Assembly (NCBI GenBank): GCA_036489235.1
Contig: DASXGC010000031.1
Location: 13 to 64,012, forward strand
Origin: Vicinamibacterales bacterium
GTDB taxonomy: Bacteria; Acidobacteriota; Vicinamibacteria; Vicinamibacterales; CAVVIG01
Length of the DNA stretch: 64,000 nucleotides
Direction: 5' to 3'
The notes under the pieces: model-generated
The model's database searches: none
What the model was told of the DNA's origin: nothing
Seen by the model: the letters and a program-made list of their open reading frames with translations, nothing else
Program-made: the position numbers and the translations under genes
Part shown: positions 9,088-21,427 of the stretch, one piece after another
How the letters are laid out: each line of letters begins with the position of its first letter
Numbering within the stretch: position 1 is the first letter of the stretch

Positions 9088-10378
9088 CTGAACTTCAGAA
9101 ACAGTTCCTGATACTGCGCCCAGGTGGTGTCGGCAAGTGGAAGAATACCCAGCCAGTACTGGAACATCTGAGCGACCGAGAGCAGCACCACCGCCGTCAC
9201 CGCCATGGCAGCGAGCGGCGCGATCCGGCGATGCCGCGAGACCCACTCGAATGTGGCTGCGATGAATGGCGCCGCGAGCGCGAAGCCGTCGGTAAAGCCG
9301 CGGTGACCGAAGCTCGCGCCGAACTGCCACACCGCCCAGCTGGCGATCAGGTACGTCTGCAGCGCGAACAGGACGACGGCCGGAAGGATGAGCGCGCGCG
9401 TCCTGCCTCGCGCGAGAAATACGCCAACGACGCTCAGCACCAATATCGGCGACCAGAAGAACAGCCCCTTCTGCGTGCTGAACAGCACCGCAACGAGATG
9501 CGGCGCGCCGAAATCGAAGCCCATGTCGTGGGTGTCGTAGGCGCTTACGAACCACCGGCCGGTGATCCACTTGTAGAGGGCGAGCTGCGGCAGAGCGACG
9601 ACCAGACCCGCCACCGCTGCAGCCGTCAGCATGCGCCAGCGAATCGTCAACTGCCGGAACCGCGCACTGACATCACGCCAGTGCAGGATTCCGTACAATG
9701 GCAGCACCAGGACGAAGATCGCGTTGGTGTGACGGACCAGGAAATTGAGACCGGCGATCGCTCCGATCGCCAGCGACCGCCACCGCGTCGGTCGATCCCA
9801 CCACTCTTCGACCTGCCAGACGAACAGGCTGACGAGAAAGAATGCGTAGGCGTGGCTGAACACGCTGTCGAACACCCCGTAGTGAAACAGGTTGGTGCCC
9901 CAGGTCAGACAGATCAGCGTGGCGAGCACGACGCCGTCGCTGAACTGCGTTTGCAGCATGCGTCGAACGATGGCGAGACCAAACAGGAAATAGACCAGTC
10001 CGGCGATCGCCGCACCGTGCTGGTAGTACAAGGAGAAGCCGTCACGCGGCAGGTTGGACCAGCGGCTCAGGAAATCGGCGACGAAAAAGAATGGTGCGAT
10101 CAGCACGGCGGTGCCGATCGGGTGCAGGTTCATCAGCCGACCGGTGACCGGCCAGCGGCGGATGCCGGTGAACTCAGGATAAAGGCCGCCGTACCAGTCG
10201 TCCTTGAGTTTTTCGAGCGTGAGGTCGTGATAGAGGAACGCGGACGGGAGGTACACGTAGTAGCTGTAACCGTCGGATCTAATCTGCTGGAGGGAATCGA
10301 GGCGGCCGTAAACGGAGATGTATGCCGCCGCCGCCAGCAACGCGGCAGCGGCGACAAAATGGCGGACGGCGAACGCCA

Positions 10379-10379
<1 letters not shown>
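9084..10379 (-). CDS. Polytopic membrane protein, GT-C-fold glycosyltransferase-like (ArnT/PMT-type, tentative)
   Basis: At least 10 hydrophobic segments with an aromatic-rich first loop ('SDGYSYYVYLPSAFLYHD'). ATG 10379 shares one nt with the thiC TGA (TGATG). Confidence 0.6.
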
Positions 10380-12060
<1,681 letters not shown>

Positions 12061-12065
12061 ATTCG

Positions 12066-12074
12066 ACTATAGCA
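12066..12074 (-). promoter_or_regulatory. Candidate extended -10 (TGcTATAGT) for the thiC riboswitch transcript
   Basis: The minus-sense sequence reads 'aTGcTATAGTcgaatctgccgcc'. The predicted start falls about 7 nt downstream, at the 5' edge of riboswitch P1. No good -35 is seen. Confidence 0.45.
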
Positions 12075-12093
12075 TGCGCGTTCTTCCTCGCTG

Positions 12094-14382
12094 TCAGCGG
12101 CCGAATACCGTCAGTTCTGCGATCGCCCACTCATCGGTCGGATCGGTTGACGTCTGATGAAGCCGGATGTAACGCGCGGCCAACGCCGAAACGGGAATGC
12201 GGATCACCGAGCTGAGCGGCGCATCGATGGCTGCCCTCATCGCCAGCGCCGTGGAAGAACCTCGCCAGCATACGGTCCATTGCAGCTGGTCGGCCGAGCA
12301 GTCCACCACCAACGCTCTCGGAAAACCGAGCGCGAACGGACCAAGCGCCAGGCCGACGCCTGACACATCGCGCCGACGTCCCAGATCGATCAGCACCGAT
12401 TCGTTCCCCGCCTGGACCTGACCGGTGCTCCAGGCGGTGGTCGCCTTGCCGTCGAGCATCCTGCCGACGGTCTCGTTGCGAAAATTCGCGGTGACCGACT
12501 GAATGGACAACGGCGCACCGTCTGCGACTGGTGGCCCGCCGCCCGCCGCAATCCGGTAGAGCCGCCAATTGCTGTCGTCGGCAATCACCGGCCGCGGACC
12601 GACGACTCTGACCCATCGCTCGAACTCCCCGTGACGATCGACCGCGACGATGATGTCGCGATCGCGGGCGAGCTCGTCGAGGACCGCGCCATCGTTCAGA
12701 GTCAATCCGATTCTGAGAACCTGGTAGTGAGGCGGCTCGTAGCCACTGTAGCCGTTGATAGTCGGTCGTCCATGCGTCATGCCTCGATACTCCGCGGCCA
12801 CGTCGCGCTCAGTAGTGCCGAGCGGCAGCTCAATCACCGGTGCGTCATCTCGAAATACAGACAACGCGGCGATCGGTGAGGCCGGCGGCGCCATCGCGAC
12901 ACGAGGCCAGCCTTCGACAAGCGCGACGATCACCACTGCCACGGCGAGGGCACGCTGTGTCTTCGCCGACAGGGCCGAGGTCAATCTGGCAAAACCGACC
13001 GCTGCTGCAACCGGGAGGCAGAGCACGAACAGCATGCCGAACCGGGCCGGCACGCGTATCTCCGAGAAGCCCGGCAAGTTCATCAGCCACGCATACGGAG
13101 CGCGAAACAGCACCGGCATACCGGCCAACCTCGCCCGCGGACCAAAACTCAGAACCAGCATCGCAACCGCAGCGAACATGTAAAACCAGAAGGCCGATCG
13201 ACGGCGCCAGACCAGCCGGAAGGCCGGCAACGTCAGGAACGCGCAGACGAACAAGAACGATGCAATCGACAGCGGCTTGTCGATGCCGGCGACCGACACG
13301 ATCGTCGCTGACCCGACGCTCCACTTCCACGGACCCAGCACGTGAAGGCTGATCGCAATCGCAAGAAACAAGCTGCCCAGCGTCGCCGCAATCATCCTCG
13401 CAACTCGCCAGCCGGCCGCCTCCGGATCCGGGCGCGATCGAAAGCGCACAACCGCGAGTGCTATCGCTGCAACGACCAGGACAACGCAGATGAGACCGGG
13501 GAACAGCTCGCCTTCGGGACGAGACCAGCGCGAGAGCGAATGCCAGACCAGCGAGTCTGGCGAAGCCGCGAAGACCGCGGTCATGTCAGCGCTGAGCGAT
13601 TCGATATCGTTGATGCTCCGGCTCAGCCCCAGCGCATCGTGAATCTTCCAGTAGCCCCAGAGCACCGGCACCAGCGGCAAGGTGCTCACCAGCCACGCCG
13701 CGGCAATCAGGGTCACGCTCTTCAGATCGCGAACAAACCAGAGCATCCATGCCGCGAGCAGGACCGGGAAAAACAGCATGAAGTAACCGTTCGCGGCCGC
13801 CTGCACCAGCCAGGCGGCCCCAAACAGCACGAGCCAGCCACGCCGGCCGCCCTCGACGAATCGGTGCAGCGCCATCAGCGCCAGCGGCATCGCGAACACC
13901 CACATCATCTGGAGGTGGGCGAATTGCCCGACACGATACGGGCTGAACCCGAACATGCATCCGGCGATCGCGGCGATGTCGTGGCGCTTGACGCAGGCGA
14001 ACGCCAGCGCGTGCGCGGCGAGCGCCGAGAGGGGAAATGCGCACACAAAGGCGATATTGCTGGCCGTGATCAGCGGCACCCCGAACCACTGCAGAGGCGT
14101 CGTCAACAGGCTGATGCCGAGGAGATGTTCGGATAAGGCGAGCGCCCCGTGCGCGGGCCAGAAGATCGGCGCGTCCCACCACGCCCGGCTGAGCGGAACA
14201 CCGTGGGCGTCCCAGAACAGGATCACGGCGGTCAGCGACGAGTCATAGGGATCGTGCGGAAACGCTGACGAGAGGTGCGTGACAACCGGCCAGAGGTAGA
14301 CGATCGTAATCGCCGTATAGACCACGGCGGCGATCAGCCAGGGAAGGGCGACACTTCTCGGCTTGCCGCTAAGGTCGGTCAC
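12094..14382 (-). CDS. Large polytopic membrane protein (GT-C-like N-terminal ~500 aa) with C-terminal F5/8 type C (discoidin) domain
   Basis: More than 12 hydrophobic segments and an early 'FPHDPYDSS' loop. The C-terminus 'MLDGKATTAWSTGQVQAGNESVLIDLG...WAIAELTVFGR' fits the discoidin-domain pattern. Confidence 0.8.
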   Translation of the reverse strand: MTDLSGKPRSVALPWLIAAVVYTAITIVYLWPVVTHLSSAFPHDPYDSSLTAVILFWDAHGVPLSRAWWDAPIFWPAHGALALSEHLLGISLLTTPLQWFGVPLITASNIAFVCAFPLSALAAHALAFACVKRHDIAAIAGCMFGFSPYRVGQFAHLQMMWVFAMPLALMALHRFVEGGRRGWLVLFGAAWLVQAAANGYFMLFFPVLLAAWMLWFVRDLKSVTLIAAAWLVSTLPLVPVLWGYWKIHDALGLSRSINDIESLSADMTAVFAASPDSLVWHSLSRWSRPEGELFPGLICVVLVVAAIALAVVRFRSRPDPEAAGWRVARMIAATLGSLFLAIAISLHVLGPWKWSVGSATIVSVAGIDKPLSIASFLFVCAFLTLPAFRLVWRRRSAFWFYMFAAVAMLVLSFGPRARLAGMPVLFRAPYAWLMNLPGFSEIRVPARFGMLFVLCLPVAAAVGFARLTSALSAKTQRALAVAVVIVALVEGWPRVAMAPPASPIAALSVFRDDAPVIELPLGTTERDVAAEYRGMTHGRPTINGYSGYEPPHYQVLRIGLTLNDGAVLDELARDRDIIVAVDRHGEFERWVRVVGPRPVIADDSNWRLYRIAAGGGPPVADGAPLSIQSVTANFRNETVGRMLDGKATTAWSTGQVQAGNESVLIDLGRRRDVSGVGLALGPFALGFPRALVVDCSADQLQWTVCWRGSSTALAMRAAIDAPLSSVIRIPVSALAARYIRLHQTSTDPTDEWAIAELTVFGR

Positions 14383-15002
14383 GCCAAGGCGCCTCGTGCG
14401 GAAACCGGAATCACGAATTTCTCTGCAGTGTGCGTCGCCGAGAAGCCGACGACCTTCACGTCCACCAGTCCCGCGGCCTTACCGGCCGCCATGGTCGCGC
14501 GCTCGGAGATCTCGGGGCGGCCCTTCGGCCGGATGATCCAGAGCGCGCCGTTTGGCTTCAACGACGCCTTCAGTTTTTCGAGACGCGACAGCTCCGCTTG
14601 TCTGGTGACGCCGAAGAAGACCGCGTCGCAGCCCTTGATCGCACGATCGATCGAGAGCCGCGCGCATCCGCTGGCGAGTTCCTTCAGAAAGTCTCCATCG
14701 TCGACCCCAATCGCGCAGGCGGTCCACTCCGGCTTCACGCCGATTTTCTGCAGCCGGGACGGCGGGTTCCTGATCTTGTCGGCCCACTTCGGGGCCGCGT
14801 CGCCGATTGCGAACGATGCCGTTCCATCCGTGGACGTGACGTTCAGCATTCCAGACCTGGCGACAACCGTCGTGATGTCCTTGAACCGAATCGCGAGCCG
14901 GACGTCAGCGCCGCGAAAGTGGAGGACCTCGGTCTCCAGTCTGGCTTTGCCCGAGGTCGTGGCTCCCTTGACGCGGACCGTGCACATCAGTTCGGCGCCC
15001 AT
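14379..15002 (-). CDS. DUF3052-like protein with N-terminal extension
   Basis: The C-terminal half ('LKPNGALWIIRPKG...AAGLVDVKVVGFSATHTAEKFVI') resembles DUF3052. There is a 4-nt overlap with the downstream gene. Confidence 0.65.
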   Translation of the reverse strand: MGAELMCTVRVKGATTSGKARLETEVLHFRGADVRLAIRFKDITTVVARSGMLNVTSTDGTASFAIGDAAPKWADKIRNPPSRLQKIGVKPEWTACAIGVDDGDFLKELASGCARLSIDRAIKGCDAVFFGVTRQAELSRLEKLKASLKPNGALWIIRPKGRPEISERATMAAGKAAGLVDVKVVGFSATHTAEKFVIPVSARGALA

Positions 15003-15032
15003 GTTTACACCTCTGTGGTGATTACGTATCCG

Positions 15033-15116
15033 GGGCCGACATAAAGTCGGCCCCTACAGCCAGATGTAGCGCGGGCCAACATAAAGTGGCCCCCTACAGC
15101 CAGATGTAGCGCGGGC
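15033..15116. repeat. 40-bp tandem duplication (2 units plus 4 nt), each unit carrying two hairpins
   Basis: Unit 1 spans 15033-15072 and unit 2 spans 15073-15112, with 37 of 40 positions identical by hand count. Each unit has GGGGCCGAC-ataaa-GTCGGCCCC (degenerate in unit 2) and CTACA-gccaga-TGTAG. The repeat starts 4 nt from the stop of the upstream (minus-strand) gene. Confidence 0.8.
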
Positions 15117-15119
15117 TTT

Positions 15120-15863
15120 TCAGGCCCGTGTGGCAGTCAGCAACGCGCGCCGCTTCGCATCCGGAAACCGTTCGATGGCGTAGCGAACCGTGGTGCGTGG
15201 AATCGAGGATCCGTGGTCGCGCAGGTAACGTTCGAGCCGTGGCATATCCGTCTTGCCGGCCTCGCGAAGACTCCAGCCGACCGCTTTCTGAATCAAGTCG
15301 TGACCGTCGCCATGAAGCCGTTCGGCGTTCTCGTATAGCCGATCGAGTGCCTGTCCTTTCCGCGCGGACGCGATTAGCCCGACAACAGACGCGCGGCGGA
15401 CCCACAAACTGCGATGCCGCGCCCAGGCGCCGAGACGATCGGCCAGCGCCGGATGGCGGACGATCAACGGTCCGAGGAGCGCGCCACACAGCGAGTCGGT
15501 CGTCGCCCAGTTCGCCGCCAGCCCATCCGCCAGCCAGCGCTTCAGCACCGGCAACAGCGACGGCGTGAACTGGCGCTCGAATCGCGCCAGCACTTCGATC
15601 CCGACCGCCTTGAACTCGAAACAGCGATCCGCCATCAGAATCGTCGCGAACTCGAGCGCTTCGCTCGGGGTCCAGCGGTTGCGCTGCTCTCGATAGATCG
15701 ACAGAGCGATCGCGCGCATTGGCGCCGTGCCGGTGTTGAAAAACACGAACGGGCCCTGCGCGCGCAAGTAGTGCGAGTAGTCGATCGCGTGAGCCCGCGC
15801 GATCCTGCGAAGCGCGGACTTGGCAGCGAGCGCCGCCTGCCGCGGAGTCTTCGGCCGTGTCAC
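15120..15863 (-). CDS. DNA alkylation repair protein (AlkC/AlkD-like HEAT-repeat family)
   Basis: 'DLIQKAVGWSLREAGK' and the overall helical-repeat pattern fit. GTG 15863 overlaps the rlmI-like TGA (GTGA). The track's 414-aa version runs antisense-free but out of gene. Confidence 0.75.
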   Translation of the reverse strand: MTRPKTPRQAALAAKSALRRIARAHAIDYSHYLRAQGPFVFFNTGTAPMRAIALSIYREQRNRWTPSEALEFATILMADRCFEFKAVGIEVLARFERQFTPSLLPVLKRWLADGLAANWATTDSLCGALLGPLIVRHPALADRLGAWARHRSLWVRRASVVGLIASARKGQALDRLYENAERLHGDGHDLIQKAVGWSLREAGKTDMPRLERYLRDHGSSIPRTTVRYAIERFPDAKRRALLTATRA

Positions 15864-17047
15864 GCAAGCTTCCGCAGAATGAAGCATTTCAGATAGTAGG
15901 TTTCCGGCACACCCAGCATCACCGGGTGGTCGCGCCCCTGCATCCGTTTCTCCAGCACGGTGACGTGTACCTGCGCATCCACCGCGGCGTCGTACACGAT
16001 CTCTCCGAACATCGCCTCGTTCACGTTGTAGGAACAGCTGCAGGTCACCAGCGTGCCGCCGGGATTGAGCAGCTTCAATGCGCGGAGGTTGATTTCCTTG
16101 TAGCCGGCGCGGGCATTGGGCACCGCCGCCTTGTTCTTCGCAAAGGCCGGCGGATCGAGCACGATGGTGTCGAATCGTTCGCCAAGGCGATCGAGCCCGC
16201 GCAGTTCGTCGAAGACGTTTCCGGCTCTGGCGTCCACTGCCACTCCGTTGCGCACGGCATTCCGCTTCACCCGCGCAACGGCGTCTTCCGACACGTCGAA
16301 GGCGATCGTGCTGGTCGCGTGGCGTCCGAGCACCAGCGCGAAGCCACCGTTGTACGAGAAGCAATCGAGCAGCCGTCCGTGCGCGTACTGTTCGGCCGCA
16401 GCGCGGTTTTCGCGCTGATCGAGGAACAATCCCGTCTTTTGGCCATGGCGTACGTCCACTTCGTACTCGATACCGAGCTCGGTGATCGGAATCGTCTCGG
16501 GCACCGCGCCGGCGACCACATCCACACGCTGTTCGAGGCCCTCGAGCGTCCGGACTTTGGGATCGTTGCGGGCAAGAATCCCAAGTGGGCTCAAGAGATC
16601 GGTCAGGGTGGCGACAATGAACGGGAGCAGCCGGTCCATCGCTTGCGACAGCGTCTGGATCACCAGGTAGTCGCCGTAGCGATCAACCACCAGCGACGGC
16701 AACAGATCGGCCTCGCCATGCACCAGACGGCAGGCGGTCGCATCGATATTGAGCGACGCGCGAAATGCGAGAGCGGATGCAATGCGATCGCGAATCAGCG
16801 CCTCGTTGGCGACCGCTTCGCCGTAGGTCAACATGCGCAGCGTGATCTGTGATCGATCGCTGAACATGGCGGAGCCGAGCGTCCGACCACGCGGACTCCG
16901 GACCTCGACAATGTCGCCGGCGGCAGCATGGGCATCGGCAACATCAGCGCGGTAAATCCACGGGTGACCACCGCGCAGCCGTTCCTCGCCACGCGCCGAA
17001 ATGACCACGGTTGACGCCATGTTTTCAACGGAGAGCGTACAGTACAA
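15860..17047 (-). CDS. rlmI: Class I SAM-dependent rRNA (cytosine-C5) methyltransferase, RlmI-like (PUA plus MTase)
   Basis: N-terminal PUA-like 'RLRGGHPWIYRADV'. The MTase core includes 'LLDCFSYNGGFAL', 'DTIVLDPPAFAK' and 'LVTCSCS'. Confidence 0.8.
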   Translation of the reverse strand: MYCTLSVENMASTVVISARGEERLRGGHPWIYRADVADAHAAAGDIVEVRSPRGRTLGSAMFSDRSQITLRMLTYGEAVANEALIRDRIASALAFRASLNIDATACRLVHGEADLLPSLVVDRYGDYLVIQTLSQAMDRLLPFIVATLTDLLSPLGILARNDPKVRTLEGLEQRVDVVAGAVPETIPITELGIEYEVDVRHGQKTGLFLDQRENRAAAEQYAHGRLLDCFSYNGGFALVLGRHATSTIAFDVSEDAVARVKRNAVRNGVAVDARAGNVFDELRGLDRLGERFDTIVLDPPAFAKNKAAVPNARAGYKEINLRALKLLNPGGTLVTCSCSYNVNEAMFGEIVYDAAVDAQVHVTVLEKRMQGRDHPVMLGVPETYYLKCFILRKLA

Positions 17048-17055
17048 TCCGGATC

Positions 17056-17499
17056 GTGCGCATCGCCATCGGTTCGGATCACGCCGGCTTCCTGCTCAAA
17101 GAACACTTCAAGGACACGCTGGTGCGGCTCGGGCACAGCGTCGACGACCACGGCACCGGCAGCGAGGCGCCGGTGGACTATCCGCCGATCTGCCTGGGCG
17201 TCGGCCGCACGGTCGCCGGCGGGAAAGCGGATCGGGGCATCGTCCTCGGCGGCAGCGGTCAAGGCGAGCAGATTGCTGCCAACAAGGTGTCAGGCGTGCG
17301 CGCCGCACTCTGCAACGATCTCTACACCGCGCGATTGTCGCGCCAGCACAACGACGCCAACGTCCTCTCGATGGGCGGCCGCATCGTCGCTTTCGAATTG
17401 GCGGACGAGATTCTCGAACTGTGGTTGAACACGGCGTTCGAAGGCGGACGCCACCAGCGGCGAATCGATCAGATTACTGAGGCGGAACGCACTCGATAA
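17056..17499 (+). CDS. rpiB: Ribose-5-phosphate isomerase B
   Basis: '[17 protein letters not shown]', '[17 protein letters not shown]' and '[18 protein letters not shown]' match. GTG 17056 is chosen because the track ATG at 17011 would overlap the divergent rlmI. Confidence 0.9.
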   Translation: MRIAIGSDHAGFLLKEHFKDTLVRLGHSVDDHGTGSEAPVDYPPICLGVGRTVAGGKADRGIVLGGSGQGEQIAANKVSGVRAALCNDLYTARLSRQHNDANVLSMGGRIVAFELADEILELWLNTAFEGGRHQRRIDQITEAERTR

Positions 17500-17524
17500 T
17501 TCGCCGCATCGTCGGAAAACCAAC

Positions 17525-18793
17525 ATGACGACCAACACCACCACCCCGCCGATGTGGCGCACGCTCGCCGAGGCCGACCCGGAAATCGCCGAAAGCATTC
17601 GCAACGAATTGCACCGGCAGAATCACGGTCTCGAGCTGATCGCGTCGGAGAATTTCGTCAGCAAGGCCGTCCTCGAAGCCGCGGGCTCGGTGATGACGAA
17701 CAAGTACGCGGAAGGCTATCCCGGCAAACGCTACTACGGAGGCTGCGAGTTCGTGGACGTCGCTGAACGAGCCGCGATCGCTCGCGGCAAGGCGCTGTTC
17801 GGCTCCGAGCACGTGAACGTCCAGCCGCACTCCGGTGCTCAGGCGAACATGGCGGTGTACCTGACGCTGCTGCAGCCGGGCGACACCGTCCTCGGCATGA
17901 ACCTCGCGCACGGCGGTCATCTCACTCACGGCCACGCACTGAATTTCTCGGGCAAGCTCTACACCATCGTGCCGTACGGCGTCCGCCAGGACACCGAGCG
18001 CATCGACTACGACGAGCTCGATCGCCTCGCCGACGAACACAAACCAAAGATGATCATCGTCGGCGCCAGCGCCTACGCGCGAGTCATCGACTTCCCGCGT
18101 ATTCGCCAGGCCGCCGATCGGATCGGCGCGAAGATGTTCACGGACATGGCGCACATCGCCGGGCTGGTCGCCGCCGGCGTCCATCCGAGTCCGATTCCTC
18201 ACTCGGACTTCGTCACGACCACGACCCACAAAACGCTGCGCGGACCGCGTGGCGGCATGGTGCTGTGCCGCGAACAGTACGCCAAGGATCTCGATCGCAC
18301 GGTGTTTCCGGGCGTCCAGGGCGGACCGCTGATGCACATCATCGCGGCCAAGGCGGTCTGCTTCAAGGAAGCCGCCGAGCCCGGGTTCGCCGCATACCAG
18401 CGTCAGATCGTTGCCAACGCGCAGCGCCTGGCGTCGGCGCTGGTCGCAGCCGGCTTCCGCCTGGTCAGCGGCGGCACCGACAACCACCTGATGCTCGTGG
18501 ACGTGTTCTCGAAAGGGATCACCGGCAAGGTCGCGGAAGCGGCGCTCGGCAAGGCCGGCATCACCGTGAACAAGAACGCGATTCCGTTCGACAAGAATCC
18601 GCCGATGGTGGCGAGCGGCATCCGCGTCGGTACGCCGGCGGTCACGACCCGCGGGATGCGCGAGCCGGAGATGGACGTGATCGCCGATCTGCTCAGTCGC
18701 GCGCTGCAGACGCCCGAAGACGATGGCGCGCTCGACATGGTGCGCGCTGAAGTCGAGACGCTGTGCCGGAAGTTCCCCCTCTACCCGGAATAG
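17525..18793 (+). CDS. glyA: Serine hydroxymethyltransferase
   Basis: 'ELIASENF', '[17 protein letters not shown]' and '[14 protein letters not shown]' (PLP lysine) match. Confidence 0.97.
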   Translation: MTTNTTTPPMWRTLAEADPEIAESIRNELHRQNHGLELIASENFVSKAVLEAAGSVMTNKYAEGYPGKRYYGGCEFVDVAERAAIARGKALFGSEHVNVQPHSGAQANMAVYLTLLQPGDTVLGMNLAHGGHLTHGHALNFSGKLYTIVPYGVRQDTERIDYDELDRLADEHKPKMIIVGASAYARVIDFPRIRQAADRIGAKMFTDMAHIAGLVAAGVHPSPIPHSDFVTTTTHKTLRGPRGGMVLCREQYAKDLDRTVFPGVQGGPLMHIIAAKAVCFKEAAEPGFAAYQRQIVANAQRLASALVAAGFRLVSGGTDNHLMLVDVFSKGITGKVAEAALGKAGITVNKNAIPFDKNPPMVASGIRVGTPAVTTRGMREPEMDVIADLLSRALQTPEDDGALDMVRAEVETLCRKFPLYPE

Positions 18794-20790
18794 CAGGAGC
18801 GGTCGCCGCGGTCTTCGGGCCGGACGGTGCGCTCGCGCGCGCAATGCCCGACTTCGAGCCGCGCGCCGGCCAGCTCGAAATGGCGGCGGCGGTCGCCCGC
18901 GTCTTCGAGGATGGCGGCGTCCTGCTCGCCGAGGCCGGGACCGGAACGGGCAAGACGCTCGCCTATCTGGTGCCAGCGATTCTCAGCCGCGAGCGCGTCC
19001 TGATTTCGACCGGCACCAAGAACCTCCAGGAACAGATCTACTTCAAGGACATCCCCGCGCTGCGGGATGCGCTCGGCATTCCGTTTACGGCCACCTGCAT
19101 GAAGGGCCGGGCGAATTACCTCTGCCTGCACAAGCTGGATCAGTTGAACGACGGCATCGGACCGGCGGTCCACGACGTCTTCCTGCCCATGATCCGCGAG
19201 TGGTCTACGCAAACCGAAGTCGGCGATCGCGCCGAGCTCGCCGATTTGCCCGAGGATCTGGCGTTCTGGAACGATGTGTCCGCGACCGCCGATACCTGCA
19301 TCGGCACCGAGTGCCCGCGCTACGACGACTGCTTCGTGACCAGGATGCGCCAGCGTGCCGCCGCCGCCGACGTCGTCATCGTCAATCATCACTTGCTGTG
19401 CGCCGACGCGGCGGTCCGTCAAAACGCATTTGGCGAAGTCATCCCGGCTTGCACGCGAGCGATCCTCGACGAGGCGCACCAACTCGAGGACATCGCCACG
19501 CAGTATTTCGGATTCAACCTCAGTAACTACCGCGTCGAAGAACTGGCGCGCGATGCTGAGCATCTGCGGTTCGAGAGTCACGACGCGAAGATGGATGTCC
19601 TCAAAGCCGTGGACCGCCTGCGCGAACATGCCAAGGCGTTTTTCGCCGACGTCGCGTTCGCCCACCGCGGCGACGGCCGCGTCCGCAACGAGGAGCGCAT
19701 ACGGGCGTCCGCCGAATCGATGGGCGAGACGCGCGAGTCGGCGATTCCGTTGATTGGCGCGATCGAGGTTCTAGAGGCGACGCTCGGATTGATCCGCGAC
19801 GTCCGGCTCACGCCCGACACGACGGATGAACTCGACGCAGACGGCGGCGATACCAGGCTTCGGCCGGACCACGGTGAAGGTGACGATGCCTCGACGCTGG
19901 CGCGACGGGCGGGTCAACTGCGGGACGATCTCCGCTTTCTGCTTCGCGTCGGCGACGACAGCTATGTCTACTTCGTCGAATTCCGCGGCCGCGGCACGTT
20001 TCTGCGAGCGGCACCGATCGACGTCTCGTCGATTATCAGCGGCCTGCTGCTCGATCGCATGACGACGACCGTGCTGACCTCGGCGACGCTGACAGTGGAC
20101 GGCCGCTTCGACTACGTCCGCGAACGACTCGGCATCAGACACGCGGACGAAATCCGCCTCGCGTCGGAGTTCGACTTCCGTCAGCAGGCGATCCTGTACC
20201 TGCCCAGACAGATGCCGGACCCACGCGACGATCGCTTCGCCGTCGCCGCCGGTCGCGAAGTGATCGAGATCCTCAAGCGCACGCGCGGCCGCGCCTTCGT
20301 GCTCTTCACGAGCTACGCGACGATGCGGGCGGTACAGGGGATGGCGGAAATGGCGTTGGACTATCCGATTCTCGGGCAGGGATCGGCGCCGCGGTCTCAG
20401 CTGCTGAACCAGTTCCGGGCGACACCGCACTCGGTCCTGTTTGCCACCTCCAGCTTCTGGCAGGGCGTCGACGTCGTCGGCGAGGCGCTGAGTTGCGTGA
20501 TCATCGACAAGCTGCCGTTCGCATCGCCGGGCGACCCGATCACGGCGGCCCGGGTGGATGCGATCCGGGCGCGCGGCGGTGATCCGTTCGGGGAATATCA
20601 GGTGCCGCTGGCGATTCTGGCGCTGCAGCAGGGGTTGGGACGGCTGATCCGGCACCGCCGCGACCGCGGCGTGCTGGCGGTGCTCGACCCGCGGCTGCGG
20701 ACGAAAGGCTATGGGCGGCGCTTCATCGCGTCGCTGCCGCCCGCGCCGGTCGTCCACGAACTGGCGAGCATCGAGGAGTTCTTTCTCTAG
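18763..20790 (+). CDS. ATP-dependent DNA helicase, DinG/YoaA (XPD/Rad3) family
   Basis: The N-terminus '[24 protein letters not shown]...[14 protein letters not shown]' parallels E. coli YoaA. A 4-Cys cluster region is present ('C..C..C..C' around [10 protein letters not shown]...[12 protein letters not shown]), together with 'DEAH'. GTG 18763 overlaps the glyA end by 31 nt and is the only start upstream of the conserved N-terminus. Confidence 0.85.
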   Translation: MPEVPPLPGIAGAVAAVFGPDGALARAMPDFEPRAGQLEMAAAVARVFEDGGVLLAEAGTGTGKTLAYLVPAILSRERVLISTGTKNLQEQIYFKDIPALRDALGIPFTATCMKGRANYLCLHKLDQLNDGIGPAVHDVFLPMIREWSTQTEVGDRAELADLPEDLAFWNDVSATADTCIGTECPRYDDCFVTRMRQRAAAADVVIVNHHLLCADAAVRQNAFGEVIPACTRAILDEAHQLEDIATQYFGFNLSNYRVEELARDAEHLRFESHDAKMDVLKAVDRLREHAKAFFADVAFAHRGDGRVRNEERIRASAESMGETRESAIPLIGAIEVLEATLGLIRDVRLTPDTTDELDADGGDTRLRPDHGEGDDASTLARRAGQLRDDLRFLLRVGDDSYVYFVEFRGRGTFLRAAPIDVSSIISGLLLDRMTTTVLTSATLTVDGRFDYVRERLGIRHADEIRLASEFDFRQQAILYLPRQMPDPRDDRFAVAAGREVIEILKRTRGRAFVLFTSYATMRAVQGMAEMALDYPILGQGSAPRSQLLNQFRATPHSVLFATSSFWQGVDVVGEALSCVIIDKLPFASPGDPITAARVDAIRARGGDPFGEYQVPLAILALQQGLGRLIRHRRDRGVLAVLDPRLRTKGYGRRFIASLPPAPVVHELASIEEFFL

Positions 20791-21281
20791 CCGGCCTTTT
20801 CGATGTGAACCAGGTAGGCCTCGACCATCAGCAGGTTGCGCTCGCCTGACTGCTTGATCACGCTCAGCAGCCGGTCCATCTTCACGACCTCTTCGAGCTG
20901 CTCGTCGATGAACCACTGCAGGAAACTCTGCGCCAGGTAGTCATCCTGCTTGATCGCCAGCGTCATCAGGTCGGTGATCTGCTGGGTGACGTCCTGCTCC
21001 CATTTCAGCGCGGCCTGCACGGCGGCTTCCGCCGATTTGAACTCCGCGGTCGGCGCCGGCGTCGCTGGAATTTTCAGGTCGCCTTTGGTATCGAGCACGT
21101 ACTGCACGAATTTCATCGCGTGCAGACGCTCTTCGTCGGCCTGCTTCAGAAACAGCTTGGACAGCAGCGTCAAATGACGCTGGTTGAAATGCGCGGCGAT
21201 GCTGACGTACTGCATGCTGGCGCCAAACTCATGTCCTATCTGCGCGTTGAAGGCTTTGGCCAGTTCGGGGCTGATCAGCAC
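20787..21281 (-). CDS. ftn: Ferritin (non-haem, Ftn-type)
   Basis: Ferritin-like di-iron pattern ('GHEFGASMQYVSIAAHF', 'EERLHAMKFVQY', 'QWFIDEQLEEV'). GTG start is preceded by 'ggagagagag'. Confidence 0.9.
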   Translation of the reverse strand: MLISPELAKAFNAQIGHEFGASMQYVSIAAHFNQRHLTLLSKLFLKQADEERLHAMKFVQYVLDTKGDLKIPATPAPTAEFKSAEAAVQAALKWEQDVTQQITDLMTLAIKQDDYLAQSFLQWFIDEQLEEVVKMDRLLSVIKQSGERNLLMVEAYLVHIEKAG

Positions 21282-21427
21282 ACGGCACTCTCTCTCCTAT
21301 ATGAATCGACGAGAAGGCGACAAGCCGGCTCGTCTGTCGCTGTTATGCTACCCGCCTGACGAGGGAAGCCAGATCAGGGTAAACTAATCCGTACGCGAGA
21401 GTTGTGCTAATTTTTCAGGAGGATTCC

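Noticed and set aside
8644-9570. 308-aa version of the small ORF overlapping the GT-C-like gene
   Set aside because: The N-terminal 160 aa are Arg-rich nonsense that overlaps the 9084..10379 gene in another frame. ATG 9087 gives an ATGA-coupled, signal-anchored 147-aa protein.
15120-16364. 414-aa version of the alkylation-repair-like ORF
   Set aside because: The upstream 167 aa overlap the rlmI-like gene and are low-complexity. GTG 15863 gives a family-typical ~247-aa protein with a GTGA junction.
21282-21427. Fur box in the ferritin / TPR-protein divergent spacer
   Set aside because: No GATAATGATAATCATTATC-like 19-mer or hexamer array is visible, only a weak GACGAG...CTCGTC stem. Not reportable.
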